Source: an uncultured Pseudomonadales bacterium (GTDB lineage Bacteria > Patescibacteriota > Microgenomatia > UBA1400 > CAYXSR01). From it: DNA of 59,573 nt. This document shows, piece after piece, positions 18,876 to 28,482 of the stretch. The stretch is taken from contig CAYSEI010000001.1 of the NCBI GenBank assembly GCA_964430265.1, positions 1 to 59,573 on the forward strand. Reading direction: 5' to 3'. The notes beneath the pieces are model-generated. The model did no database searches, was not told where the DNA came from, and worked only from the letters and a program-made list of their open reading frames with translations. How positions within the stretch are numbered: the stretch's first letter is position 1; each line of letters starts with the position of its first letter. Both the position numbers and the translations under genes were made by a program.

Positions 18876-19602
18876 CTGTTTGTTTGTCAACCTTTTCTTT
18901 TAGCAATGTTCCGGTTTTTAAAAGTTTTTTACCTTCCTCTAAGGCCTCATTAAGGTCTTTTTTTTGGCTATGGCTAAGGTTTGGATTAGCCAAAACTTGG
19001 GAAATTCGGTCAATAATTTTTTGCATACCCTGCCTAAAATTAATTGAAAGCCAAATTAGAGTATCGGTTTCTTCGGCTTCAATGTCTTTTTCTGCTCTTT
19101 TAAACTGGTTTGAAAGTATTTTTATCATTCCCTTTTGTTCTAATACCTGCATATACTGCTGTCCAAAAAACAAGGATAAAGGTGTGATCAAAATAAGTGA
19201 AGAAAGGGAAGCAAGCTGGTGGCTGTCAAGTTCCGGATATGTGTAAAGGAAAAAAACAATCAGGGCGGCAGTAAAAACAAACGTGATTGCTGGTTCCCAA
19301 AGTAAGGAAAAAGAAAAAAGCAAAAAATACAATAAAAAGAAAAGCGGGGAGGACAAGCCTCCGGTGGAAAGGACCAAGAGCAAAATGATTAGCATAAAGA
19401 TAAAAGAGTCAACAGCAGATAATATAAAGGGTGTTTTTCTTTTTTGCTGCTGTCTCCAAAAATGGGAACCCATGTATAAAAGAACAAAAAAGCCGATTAG
19501 TTGCAAGGTATATCCTGACAAAGCAGGATTTTGCACCCAGAAAAAGGTAATAAAAATTGCAGAGACCAAATATATTGAGTGGACAATAAAGGGCAGTTTC
19601 AT
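18856..19602 (-). CDS. Polytopic membrane protein with a cytoplasmic coiled-coil tail, first gene of the surface operon
   Basis: 248 aa. About 5-6 hydrophobic helices, then a charged helical C-terminus (KRAEKDIEAEETDTLIWLSINFRQGMQKIIDRISQVL...). No catalytic motif recognised. Confidence 0.5.
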   Translation of the reverse strand: MKLPFIVHSIYLVSAIFITFFWVQNPALSGYTLQLIGFFVLLYMGSHFWRQQQKRKTPFILSAVDSFIFMLIILLLVLSTGGLSSPLFFLLYFLLFSFSLLWEPAITFVFTAALIVFFLYTYPELDSHQLASLSSLILITPLSLFFGQQYMQVLEQKGMIKILSNQFKRAEKDIEAEETDTLIWLSINFRQGMQKIIDRISQVLANPNLSHSQKKDLNEALEEGKKLLKTGTLLKEKVDKQTDEKKEN

Positions 19603-19695
19603 AATTTTAGTTTAGCAAGAAAGAGCATACAGTATCAAGTAGTAAGGAAGAAGTATGTTTTTAATTATGTAGTTGTTTGAATTAAAAGGGTTTAG

Positions 19696-19929
19696 TTATT
19701 TAACTAACGAGACAAGAAAGGCAATTGCTTTTAAGATCAGCTTTCTGAAAACCGGGATAAGAGTAGGAAAAACAATTAATAAAAGAAGTATCCACCAAAG
19801 GTTTTTCCTGATTAATTTTAAGATAGCCAGTCCGACAGCAACTACAATAATTAGAGAAATCAAAAAATGCAATTGATCAGGAAATAAGGTTAAAAATTGG
19901 TTATATAGGTCAATTAATGTATTTAACAT
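19696..19929 (-). CDS. Small two-TM membrane protein
   Basis: 77 aa, two hydrophobic helices. Coding status is supported only by ORF length and hydrophobicity. Confidence 0.35.
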   Translation of the reverse strand: MLNTLIDLYNQFLTLFPDQLHFLISLIIVVAVGLAILKLIRKNLWWILLLLIVFPTLIPVFRKLILKAIAFLVSLVK

Positions 19930-19971
19930 TAACTGAATTTTAGCAAAAAAAATAATACAAATGCAAATTTA

Positions 19972-20382
19972 TCAAAAAAGCGCCAGTATTTTGGGGATGA
20001 AAATGAGAAGTCCTACTATAAGGGACGCAAGGGCAAAAATCATCACGCCTCCGGCTGCAAAGTTTCTTGGCCAGTATGTGGATTCAAAAGGCAGTCCCAG
20101 CTCTTCTTTCATAACATTGCAGGTTTCTTCAACCGAAGAATTAATGACCTCTCCGCCGATTACAATGCCAAACAATGAAACTAGTGCCACCCATTCCAAA
20201 CGAGAAAGACCTAAAATAAAGCCTAGGATTGTAGCTGCACACATAGCGGCAAGATGAATTTTGACATTTCTTTCCCTTTTGACAGCTTCAAAAATACCTT
20301 TAAAAGCAAATCCAAAAGAAACGGGAAGGGGATAACGGTCAGGCGGTGTTTTTTTGTCCAGCTTTTTTAAGTCCATAAACAT
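19972..20382 (-). CDS. dgkA: Diacylglycerol/undecaprenol kinase family (DgkA-like)
   Basis: 136 aa. RERNVKIHLAAM...LEWVALVSLFGIVIGGEVINSSVEETCNVM fits the prokaryotic DAGK motif E.N..IH...E.iNsaiE. Confidence 0.6.
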   Translation of the reverse strand: MFMDLKKLDKKTPPDRYPLPVSFGFAFKGIFEAVKRERNVKIHLAAMCAATILGFILGLSRLEWVALVSLFGIVIGGEVINSSVEETCNVMKEELGLPFESTYWPRNFAAGGVMIFALASLIVGLLIFIPKILALF

Positions 20383-20507
20383 AAATACAGTATAAATAAA
20401 AAATTATAAAATTTCTATAGTTTGTATTTTTTTAAATAGATTTTTAAAGTTTAACTAGGTTAAAATCCTCGAAATTGTATTATTTCAAGGAATATAAATC
20501 CTTGAAA

Positions 20508-20537
20508 TTGACAAATTACAAGGATTTAGTGTATAAT
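20508..20537 (+). promoter_or_regulatory. Sigma70-type promoter placing the TSS at or near the ATG of the ATPase gene
   Basis: TTGACA (20508-20513), 18-nt spacer, TATAAT (20532-20537). ATG at 20544, no Shine-Dalgarno between them. Confidence 0.5.
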
Positions 20538-20543
20538 TTACTT

Positions 20544-21665
20544 ATGATAAGGCGCTTTTACCAGGATCTAAAAAAACATCTTGAAAAAAACAAAGTATTG
20601 GTTCTTTATGGTCCTCGTCAAGTGGGGAAAACAACCCTCCTAAAAAATTTTGTTAAAAATACTTCTTTAAAATACCGTTTTGATTCAGGAGATTTATACA
20701 GTATACAGCAGGTTATCAGCTCTCAAGACTTAAGAAAGATAAAAGAATATGTGGGAGATAACAAGCTAATCATAATTGATGAAGCGCAAAACATCCCCAA
20801 TGTTGGATTGGGTTTAAAGATTATTGTAGATCAAATTCCGGATGTATATGTTATTGCCACAGGTTCATCTTCATTTGAGCTGTCAGGACAAGTAGGGGAG
20901 CCTTTGACTGGAAGAAAAAAAACTCTGCTTTTATTGCCGGTAGCTTTGTTGGAACTTAAAAAAGAGGAAAATGAATTTGACTTAAAGCAGAACTTGGAAG
21001 AACGTTTAATTTGTGGATCATATCCGCGGATAATTACTTCCAGGACAAAAAAGCAGAAGCAAGATGTTTTAAATGAGCTGGTTGACTCCTACTTATTAAA
21101 AGATATTCTTAAGTTTGAAAAAGTCAAAGGTGCAAAAATAATTTTGGACTTGCTGCGTTTGCTTGCTTTTCAGATCGGCGGAGAAGTATCGTTGTCAGAG
21201 TTGGGGCAAAATCTGGGGATTAATTATAAAACGGTTAAACGCTATCTAGACCTGCTTGAGAAATCGTTTGTAATTTTTGAATTGCGAGGTTTTTCAAGGA
21301 ATCTCAGAAAAGAAATAACCAAGAAAAGTAAATATTATTTTTATGATAACGGAATCAGAAATGCATTAATATCCAACTACAATTCCCTGGATTTAAGAAA
21401 TGACATTGGGCAGCTATGGGAGAATTTTGTGATAAGTGAAAGATTAAAAAAACAAAACTACTTGTCTATTTATAGCAACAATTATTTTTGGAGGACTTGG
21501 GACCAAAAGGAAATTGATTGGATTGAAGAAAGAGAAGGAAAGCTTTATGGCTATGAAATTAAATATCAAGGAATGGCTTCAGTTCCAGAAGAGTGGCAAG
21601 AAACATATGCAAATACTGAGTTTAAAGTAATAAAGCAAGACAACTTATTGGATTTTGTTAGCTAA
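20544..21665 (+). CDS. AAA-type ATPase with a DUF4143-like C-terminal domain
   Basis: Walker A LYGPRQVGKTTLL, Walker B LIIIDEAQ. The track ORF is extended to a TTG at 20475, which would run through the promoter. The ATG at 20544 (MIRRFYQDL...) is preferred. Confidence 0.65.
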   Translation: MIRRFYQDLKKHLEKNKVLVLYGPRQVGKTTLLKNFVKNTSLKYRFDSGDLYSIQQVISSQDLRKIKEYVGDNKLIIIDEAQNIPNVGLGLKIIVDQIPDVYVIATGSSSFELSGQVGEPLTGRKKTLLLLPVALLELKKEENEFDLKQNLEERLICGSYPRIITSRTKKQKQDVLNELVDSYLLKDILKFEKVKGAKIILDLLRLLAFQIGGEVSLSELGQNLGINYKTVKRYLDLLEKSFVIFELRGFSRNLRKEITKKSKYYFYDNGIRNALISNYNSLDLRNDIGQLWENFVISERLKKQNYLSIYSNNYFWRTWDQKEIDWIEEREGKLYGYEIKYQGMASVPEEWQETYANTEFKVIKQDNLLDFVS

Positions 21666-21944
21666 AGAATACTTTTTTGACTCCTACAAAACACATCAAA
21701 GTCCAGCAAGAAGTACTGTTAGCAAATAAAGAGTGCGAGTGCTAAGCACTTTAACAGGCTAAATGGAAAATTTGCAAAAAAACATTAATTTATTTAAAAT
21801 ATTGTTTAATGAAGACAACAAAAGCCTTTAACTATCTTTTTATTCTTCTTGGGGTTTGACCCCAATCTTACTTAATTTCTACTATAATTTTCCTATATAA
21901 TAACAAGCAGATAAATAAATTATCAATTACTACAGGAGTTTCAG

Positions 21945-24506
21945 ATGACAAAATACGACCACAAGAATATTGAAAAAAAAGTTCAAAAAAAATGGCAGCA
22001 AAACAAGGTTTTTGAAGTTGACCTGAAGCAAGCAAAAAAGCCGTTCTACAATTTAATGATGTTTCCTTATCCATCGGGAGAAGGATTGCATGTAGGACAT
22101 ACATTTACATTTGGCGGTGCAGACACATACGGACGTTTTATGCGGATGCAGGGATATGACGTGTTTGAGCCTATGGGGTTTGACGCTTTTGGAATCCACT
22201 CGGAAAACTTTGCCATAAAAAAAGATCTCCATCCCAAGGAATTAATAGAACAAACTACTCAATATTTTCGAGAACAACAGATGAAGCCTTACGGGGGAAT
22301 GTGGGATTGGGAAAAAGAACTCAGCACTACTGATCCGGACTATTATAAGTGGACGCAATGGATTTTTACCAAAATGTTTAAAAACGGTCTAGCTTATCGT
22401 AAAGAATCTTTTGTTAACTGGTGTCCGTCATGTAAGACCGTTCTTTCAGATGAGCAAGTGGAACAAAAGGGAAAAGTTGAGGAAAAAATAAATGTGTGTG
22501 AACGCTGTAAAACAGAAGTGGTTAAAAAGAAAACAGAACAGTGGTTTTTTAAAATTACTGAATATGCAGAAAAACTTTTGGATTATCAGGATTCAAAATG
22601 GTCGGAGGCAACCAAGCAGATGCAGGAAAACTGGATCGGCAAATCTTTTGGAGCGGAAATAGACTTTCCTGTTCAAAACAAGGATTTAAAACTCAAAGTT
22701 TTTACCACCCGACCGGACACACTGTATGGTGCAAGCTTTATGGCAATAGCTCCAGAACATCCACTTATTGAAAAATTGAGTTTGGATAAGGAAGACAAAA
22801 TTAGGGAATACATTGAAAGATCACGCAGTAAAACCGCAGTGCAAAGGCAAGCGGAAAAAGAGAAAAGCGGTATTTTAACAGGATTAAAACTGATTAATCC
22901 CATAAACGGGGAAGAACTGCCCTTGTATATTGCCGACTATGTAATGATGGAATACGGAACAGGTGCGGTAATGGGAGTTCCCGGGCACGACCAAAGGGAC
23001 TGGGACTTTGCTAAAAAATACGATTTAAAGATTATACCGGTAATTAAACCTTTAGAAGAAACCGGGATCAGTGTTGAGGATATTAAAGAAGAGCAAGCTT
23101 ATGAGGGACCGGGAAAGATTATTAATTCCGGGGAATGGAACGGTTTAAAAGCTCCTGGTGAGATTAATAAAGTAATCAAGGATTTACAGGAAAAAAAGAT
23201 TGGCAAAAAAAAGGTCTCATACAAAATCCGCGATTGGTGTATTTCCAGGCAAAGGTATTGGGGACCGCCAATCCCTATGGTTTTTTGTCCGTACTGTGCA
23301 GAAAGAGGGGAGAGCTGGTTTACCAATAAAAAAGCATATGAACATATAAAAGAATCGCCGATATTTAATGAAGAGAAAAGATTAAAACTGGCTAATACCA
23401 TGGCAGGATGGTATCCGGTTGAAAAAAAGGATCTGCCGATTAAACTGCCATATGTAAAAGACTATCAACCCAAAGGCAAGGGTAAGTCTCCTTTGGCTGA
23501 AGTGGAAGAGTTTTACAAAGTTGAATGTCCGTGCTGTGGTAAAAAAGCTAAAAGAGAAACGGACGTATCCGATACTTTTTTGGATTCAGCCTGGTATTTT
23601 TTCCGCTACCCTTCGGTTAACAATCAGGAAGTTGCTTTTGAAAAAGAAATAACTAAAAAGTGGCTGCCTGTGGATATGTATATCGGAGGAAATGAACATG
23701 CGGTCCTGCATCTTTTATATACGCGTTTTATCACCAAGGTTTTTGCGGATCTGGGGATGATTGATTTTTACGAGCCGTTTAAGCAGTTTTTTGCCCACGG
23801 CCTGATTATTAAGGACGGTGCAAAAATGAGCAAATCTCGGGGTAATGTGATCAATCCCAACGAATATATGGAAAAATATGGTGCAGATGTTTTAAGAATG
23901 TATTTATTGTTTTTAGGTCCTTATGAACAAGGCGGAGATTTTTGCGACAGCGGTATTAAAGGAATGCAGCGTTTTGTTAAACGGCTTTACCGCTTGGCAA
24001 AAGAAAGTGCTAACAACAGGGAAGATATGGGGAAAGAATTGAAAACAAAACTACATCAAACTATAAAAAAGATGGGTGATGACTTTAGCACTCTTGACTT
24101 TAACACTGCTATTGCTTCTCTTATGGAGTTTGTAAACCTTTGGCAAAAAAATAAAGAGAGTGCTAATCGGGAAGTAGTTCAAAATATATCAAGAATGATT
24201 TGTCCAATTGCTCCGTACTTAAGTGAGGAGCTGTGGGAAATGTGCGGACAAAAAGGTAGTGTCTTAGACTCATCCTGGCCAAAATATAGTGAAGAAAAAG
24301 CCAAAGAAGAGGAAGTAGAAGTAGTTGTTCAGGTAAACGGCAATGTCAGGGGCAAATTTTTACTGGAAAGGGAAAAAGCCAATGATAAGGAGATTGTTTT
24401 GCAAATGGCAAAAGCTTCTGAGAACGTGCAAAAATACCTTGAAGGCAAAAAACCGGAAAAAGTTTACTTTGTTCCCGGTAAGTTGGTCAATTTGGTGAGT
24501 AAATAA
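21945..24506 (+). CDS. leuS: Leucyl-tRNA synthetase
   Basis: 853 aa. PYPSGEGLHVGH (HIGH) and KMSKSRGN (KMSKS). AGGAG Shine-Dalgarno 7 nt upstream. Confidence 0.95.
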   Translation: MTKYDHKNIEKKVQKKWQQNKVFEVDLKQAKKPFYNLMMFPYPSGEGLHVGHTFTFGGADTYGRFMRMQGYDVFEPMGFDAFGIHSENFAIKKDLHPKELIEQTTQYFREQQMKPYGGMWDWEKELSTTDPDYYKWTQWIFTKMFKNGLAYRKESFVNWCPSCKTVLSDEQVEQKGKVEEKINVCERCKTEVVKKKTEQWFFKITEYAEKLLDYQDSKWSEATKQMQENWIGKSFGAEIDFPVQNKDLKLKVFTTRPDTLYGASFMAIAPEHPLIEKLSLDKEDKIREYIERSRSKTAVQRQAEKEKSGILTGLKLINPINGEELPLYIADYVMMEYGTGAVMGVPGHDQRDWDFAKKYDLKIIPVIKPLEETGISVEDIKEEQAYEGPGKIINSGEWNGLKAPGEINKVIKDLQEKKIGKKKVSYKIRDWCISRQRYWGPPIPMVFCPYCAERGESWFTNKKAYEHIKESPIFNEEKRLKLANTMAGWYPVEKKDLPIKLPYVKDYQPKGKGKSPLAEVEEFYKVECPCCGKKAKRETDVSDTFLDSAWYFFRYPSVNNQEVAFEKEITKKWLPVDMYIGGNEHAVLHLLYTRFITKVFADLGMIDFYEPFKQFFAHGLIIKDGAKMSKSRGNVINPNEYMEKYGADVLRMYLLFLGPYEQGGDFCDSGIKGMQRFVKRLYRLAKESANNREDMGKELKTKLHQTIKKMGDDFSTLDFNTAIASLMEFVNLWQKNKESANREVVQNISRMICPIAPYLSEELWEMCGQKGSVLDSSWPKYSEEKAKEEEVEVVVQVNGNVRGKFLLEREKANDKEIVLQMAKASENVQKYLEGKKPEKVYFVPGKLVNLVSK

Positions 24507-25310
24507 ATGGAATATTATCAGTTAACCAACAAAACCAGTCTAATAAAGGAAATGTATCAAAGTGTATCAGGATCGGGTTTTGTACCTGAAGGTCTTGTTC
24601 CGGAATATATTTTACAGCTGGTAAAAATGCCTTTTTGCAATATTCTTTTTACTCATTCAGACGAGAATAAATTTGATTCTGTTTTTGTAATTTATGAGAA
24701 AAAAGATTTGATTGAAATTACAGATTGGGCTAAGGGAAAGAACTGGGAAAATCTTTTGCTAAAAATTACTGACAGTAGTTCAAACAAAAGAAAAAAAGCT
24801 TTTTTAAAAGAGAGGGAATTTGCTTCAAAGCAGGGTTGGAGACAGGCCGGACAAAAACTTGAAATAAAAGTTAATTTGGAAAATAAAGAATTCTTTTATA
24901 TTAAGGCAAAGAGCTTTCCTGAGGGAAGATCTTCTGGCAGAGTGGCCGATTTAATTGCCAAAAAAGTTCATGATACACACAGGGCAAATATTTTGGCAGA
25001 GGTAATGACCAGTAGTAAAAACAGTGTTAGCAAGGTAATCTATCAAAAGAGAAAAATTATGGCATTTGCACACGCGTTGTATTTTCAGAAGCAAGAAAAA
25101 GCGATAATGGATTATCTTTATGTTGACCCGCATTACGGCAAAGGGAAATTTGATCAAAAAATATTTTCATCTTTATGCTGGGAAGTACATAACAGAGGGG
25201 CTAAAAACATTTATTCTTTGGTAGAGAAAAAAGAAATAAAAAGAATCGGTTTTTTAATGGAACAGGGAGCAGAATTTACTGATTTTAGAAAATACGGGTT
25301 TAAAATATAA
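24507..25310 (+). CDS. Hypothetical protein, possible GNAT-like C-terminal fold
   Basis: 267 aa. ATG immediately follows the leuS stop. The C-terminal DYLYVDPHYGKGKFDQKIFSSLCWEVHNRGAKNIYSLV loosely resembles GNAT motif A. Confidence 0.3.
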   Translation: MEYYQLTNKTSLIKEMYQSVSGSGFVPEGLVPEYILQLVKMPFCNILFTHSDENKFDSVFVIYEKKDLIEITDWAKGKNWENLLLKITDSSSNKRKKAFLKEREFASKQGWRQAGQKLEIKVNLENKEFFYIKAKSFPEGRSSGRVADLIAKKVHDTHRANILAEVMTSSKNSVSKVIYQKRKIMAFAHALYFQKQEKAIMDYLYVDPHYGKGKFDQKIFSSLCWEVHNRGAKNIYSLVEKKEIKRIGFLMEQGAEFTDFRKYGFKI

Positions 25311-25317
25311 GGTTGTA

Positions 25318-26214
25318 ATGAGCAAATATATTGATCTGCACACACATACTACTGCATCGGACGGAAATTTGGATCCATCTGATTTGGTTAAAAAAGCCAG
25401 GCGTACAGGATTACAAGCAATTGCCATTACCGACCATGACCAGGTAGGGGGGATAAAAGAAGCAGAAGAAGCAGGAAAAGAGTATAATCTTGAAATCGTA
25501 ACAGGCATAGAGATCACCTGCTATGAAAAAAATGCAAAAGAAAAAAAAGAGTTTCATATTCTGGGATACTTTATTGATTATAAAAACAAAGAACTTTTAA
25601 ATTATCTTGAAAAAGTGCAAAAAGGAAGAGTGGACAGGGCAAAAAACATGGTTGATAGATTGTCTGATCTGGGTTGGAACATTGATTGGATTGAGGTAAG
25701 GATGCGGGCAAAAGGATCGGTTGGCAGGCCTCACATTGCAAAAACTGTTTTGGAAAAAGAAGCCAACCTGAAAAAGCTAGACAATGAATTTGGCTATATG
25801 CCGACTGTATCTGATTTTATTAAAAAATACCTGATTCCGGGCAAACCGGCATATTTTGAAAAGTTTGCGTATAATCCCAAGCAGGCGATTGAATTGATCA
25901 AGAAAAGCCAAGGATTGGCTGTTCTAGCACATCCCTGTTATGATGTTCCTGAGGGAGAAGAGGAAATAATAGAAAGATTTAAAAAATGGGGGCTAATCGG
26001 ATTGGAAGCAATATATCCTTATAAAGATATAAAAAAATCAAAAGAAAAAATTGAGTATTTTACCTGCTTAGCCGACAAATATGATTTGTTGGTAACAGGA
26101 GGTTCTGACTACCACGGAACAGAAGGTTTGGGGGCAGGATTGGGAATCCTAAACTGGGGTTTAGAAGTCCCTTATTCAATTTTAGAAGAACTTAAAAAAC
26201 TTAAAAATAAATGA
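25318..26214 (+). CDS. PHP-domain metal-dependent phosphoesterase
   Basis: 298 aa. IDLHTHTTASDGNL...AIAITDHD is the PHP signature. Confidence 0.8.
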   Translation: MSKYIDLHTHTTASDGNLDPSDLVKKARRTGLQAIAITDHDQVGGIKEAEEAGKEYNLEIVTGIEITCYEKNAKEKKEFHILGYFIDYKNKELLNYLEKVQKGRVDRAKNMVDRLSDLGWNIDWIEVRMRAKGSVGRPHIAKTVLEKEANLKKLDNEFGYMPTVSDFIKKYLIPGKPAYFEKFAYNPKQAIELIKKSQGLAVLAHPCYDVPEGEEEIIERFKKWGLIGLEAIYPYKDIKKSKEKIEYFTCLADKYDLLVTGGSDYHGTEGLGAGLGILNWGLEVPYSILEELKKLKNK

Positions 26215-27137
26215 AAAAAATAATTGTAATTGCCGGTCCAACTGCTTCGGGCAAAACTTCCTTAGGAGTAAAAATGTCAAAAGAAAACAAAGGGGAAATT
26301 GTTTCAGCCGACTCCAGGCAGATTTATGAATATATGGATATTGGAACAGGGAAAGACATTAAAAAGGATGCGCTTTTTAAAAAAAATGATAAAGACTTAC
26401 AAAAGAAAATCAAAAACAAAGTTGGCCAAGATATTAAAATTGGCACTTACAACATAGAGGGTGTTAATATCTGGGGATTGGATTTAATTAAGCCTGATAA
26501 AAGTTTTTCTGTCACTCAGTGGGTTGAGTTTGCTAAGCTGGCAGTTGATAAAATACTTTGCCAGGACAAAATTCCTTTGTTAGTTGGGGGAACCGGCTTT
26601 TGGATCAAGGCGCTGTTGCAGGGTATTGAATGGGGTAAAATTCCTCCTGACTGGGGTTTAAGAAAAAAGCTGGGAAAAAATAGTATTAAAAAACTGCAGG
26701 AAATGATCAAAAATTATCCGGATGAATTTTGGCAGGGTATGAATAAAAGTGATTGGAACAATCCTAGGCGATTGATCAGAAGAATTGAAATAGCAAAATA
26801 TTTGAAAAAGAATCCGAAAAAGGAAGTTTCTCTGGTGCCTTTGGATGCAAAAATATCAAAAGAGATCATCTTAAAAGATTTACCCTTAAAGGAATTAAAG
26901 AAAAGCATAAAAATAAGGGTAAAAAAAAGACTAGAGCAGGGATTAATAAAAGAAATAAAAAGTTTGCTGAATAAGGGATATGAGTGGAGTGATCCGGGAA
27001 TGAATACCTTGGGATATAAGGAGTTTGAGCCATATTTTAAAGAAAAAAAACACTTAAAAGAGTGTATAGAGGCATGGACAAATGATGAAATTGACTATGC
27101 CCGCCGACAAAAAGTTTGGTTTGATAAATATTTTTAG
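26211..27137 (+). CDS. miaA: tRNA dimethylallyltransferase
   Basis: 308 aa. IIVIAGPTASGKTSLG...IVSADSRQIYEYMDIGTGK. 4-nt overlap with the PHP gene. Confidence 0.85.
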   Translation: MKKIIVIAGPTASGKTSLGVKMSKENKGEIVSADSRQIYEYMDIGTGKDIKKDALFKKNDKDLQKKIKNKVGQDIKIGTYNIEGVNIWGLDLIKPDKSFSVTQWVEFAKLAVDKILCQDKIPLLVGGTGFWIKALLQGIEWGKIPPDWGLRKKLGKNSIKKLQEMIKNYPDEFWQGMNKSDWNNPRRLIRRIEIAKYLKKNPKKEVSLVPLDAKISKEIILKDLPLKELKKSIKIRVKKRLEQGLIKEIKSLLNKGYEWSDPGMNTLGYKEFEPYFKEKKHLKECIEAWTNDEIDYARRQKVWFDKYF

Positions 27138-27183
27138 CTTCTTAACTTGACTAATATCCTTTATCTTTAATATATTTAAAAAT

Positions 27184-28413
27184 ATGCATGTGCCTGCCCA
27201 ACATTCTATTTTTAATCTTCTGCATTGGCAAATATTTGACAAATATTTATTCAAAAGAAAAAAAGAAAAACCGCTTTTAAAGGGTTTAAACGGGTTATAT
27301 TTAAATGCTATTCTGCGTTCTTTAGGTGTTTCTTTAGTATCCATATTTATTCCCATCTACATTCTTGAGATAACCAATAGTCTTTACTGGATATTTTTAT
27401 TTTTTGGTGTCCAGTTTGGGCTGCTTCTTTTTTTAGATTATCCTTTGGCAAAGTTGTCAACCTTGGTTAATCCGGATGTTTCAGTTGCTTTTTCTAATCT
27501 ACTTTTGATCATATATTTTGTTTGTTTACGTGCAGCGGAATTTAATCCCAATTTATTTATTATGGCGGCAATAATAAATGCAGTCAGAATTCCTTTATAC
27601 TGGCTTTATTACCATGTTTCTTTTATTAAATTAGGACATAAAGATTCTATGGGCGGGGAGATTAGTTACCGCAGCTTTTTTGGTAAATTGGCAACAGCTG
27701 CTGCGCCTTTGATAGGGGGAGTTATTATAAAAATGAGCGGGTTTGATGTTGTTTTTATAATTGCTTCTCTGGTCATATTTTTATCTACTTTTCCGATTTT
27801 ATTTGATTCATATAACCATCAGGAAAAGCTTTCTTCGTTCAAAAAAATTTATCAGGGTATTTTAAATAAGGAAAATTTGATTGAAACATTCGGTTTTATA
27901 GGCGAGGGGATAGAACCTTATATTGCTTCTGTTTTCTGGCCGGTATTTATATATTTAAATTTGAAAAATTACCAGGCTGTAGGATTTATTGTTTCATTCA
28001 GTTTGTTTTTAAGTTTATTGGTGTTGTTAATCTTTAAAAAGCATATTGATAAAAGGGAAAAAAGATTTTTTAAGTTTGGCTTGGCGGGCAATGCAATAAA
28101 CTGGATTGTCCGCACTTTTGCTACAGCAACCGGACAAATACTTTTTTTAGATACTTTTTATAATCTTTTGTCCCTATTTGTCTGGACTCCCTTTAGTAGT
28201 ATTTTTTATAAAAAAGCCAAGAAAAGGAACGCTTTTGACTTTGTGGTTAAAAGGGAAATTATTATTCATATTTCCAGGCTATTAGCAACCGGCTTAATTG
28301 CGATTATCTGGCTGTATACACAGAGTGTCTTTTTAGTCTTTTTGCTGGCAATAATCGGGCTTATGCTCTCACAAGGTCTTGTACATAACAAGATTGGTCT
28401 TAAATTATTTTAA
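27184..28413 (+). CDS. Polytopic membrane protein, MFS-like (tentative)
   Basis: 409 aa, about 10-12 hydrophobic segments. No diagnostic motif read with confidence. Confidence 0.4.
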   Translation: MHVPAQHSIFNLLHWQIFDKYLFKRKKEKPLLKGLNGLYLNAILRSLGVSLVSIFIPIYILEITNSLYWIFLFFGVQFGLLLFLDYPLAKLSTLVNPDVSVAFSNLLLIIYFVCLRAAEFNPNLFIMAAIINAVRIPLYWLYYHVSFIKLGHKDSMGGEISYRSFFGKLATAAAPLIGGVIIKMSGFDVVFIIASLVIFLSTFPILFDSYNHQEKLSSFKKIYQGILNKENLIETFGFIGEGIEPYIASVFWPVFIYLNLKNYQAVGFIVSFSLFLSLLVLLIFKKHIDKREKRFFKFGLAGNAINWIVRTFATATGQILFLDTFYNLLSLFVWTPFSSIFYKKAKKRNAFDFVVKREIIIHISRLLATGLIAIIWLYTQSVFLVFLLAIIGLMLSQGLVHNKIGLKLF

Positions 28414-28482
28414 GACTATTAACCTTTTTCCTTTTATTACGTAATCTTGCGTAAATTTTAAATTTCTGTCAGAATGATTTAA

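Noticed and set aside
20475-20543. Upstream TTG-initiated extension of the AAA ATPase ORF.
   Set aside because: The extension runs through a TTGACA-18-TATAAT promoter and an operator-like repeat array. The ATG at 20544 directly precedes the conserved N-terminus leading into the Walker A motif.
21666-21944. I looked for a second T-box or other leader upstream of leuS.
   Set aside because: No GGGTGGTACCGCG-like sequence or terminator/antiterminator pair is present. Only a short palindrome (AGTGCT-A-AGCACT) and a weak hairpin (TTGGGGT-TTG-ACCCCAA) were found.
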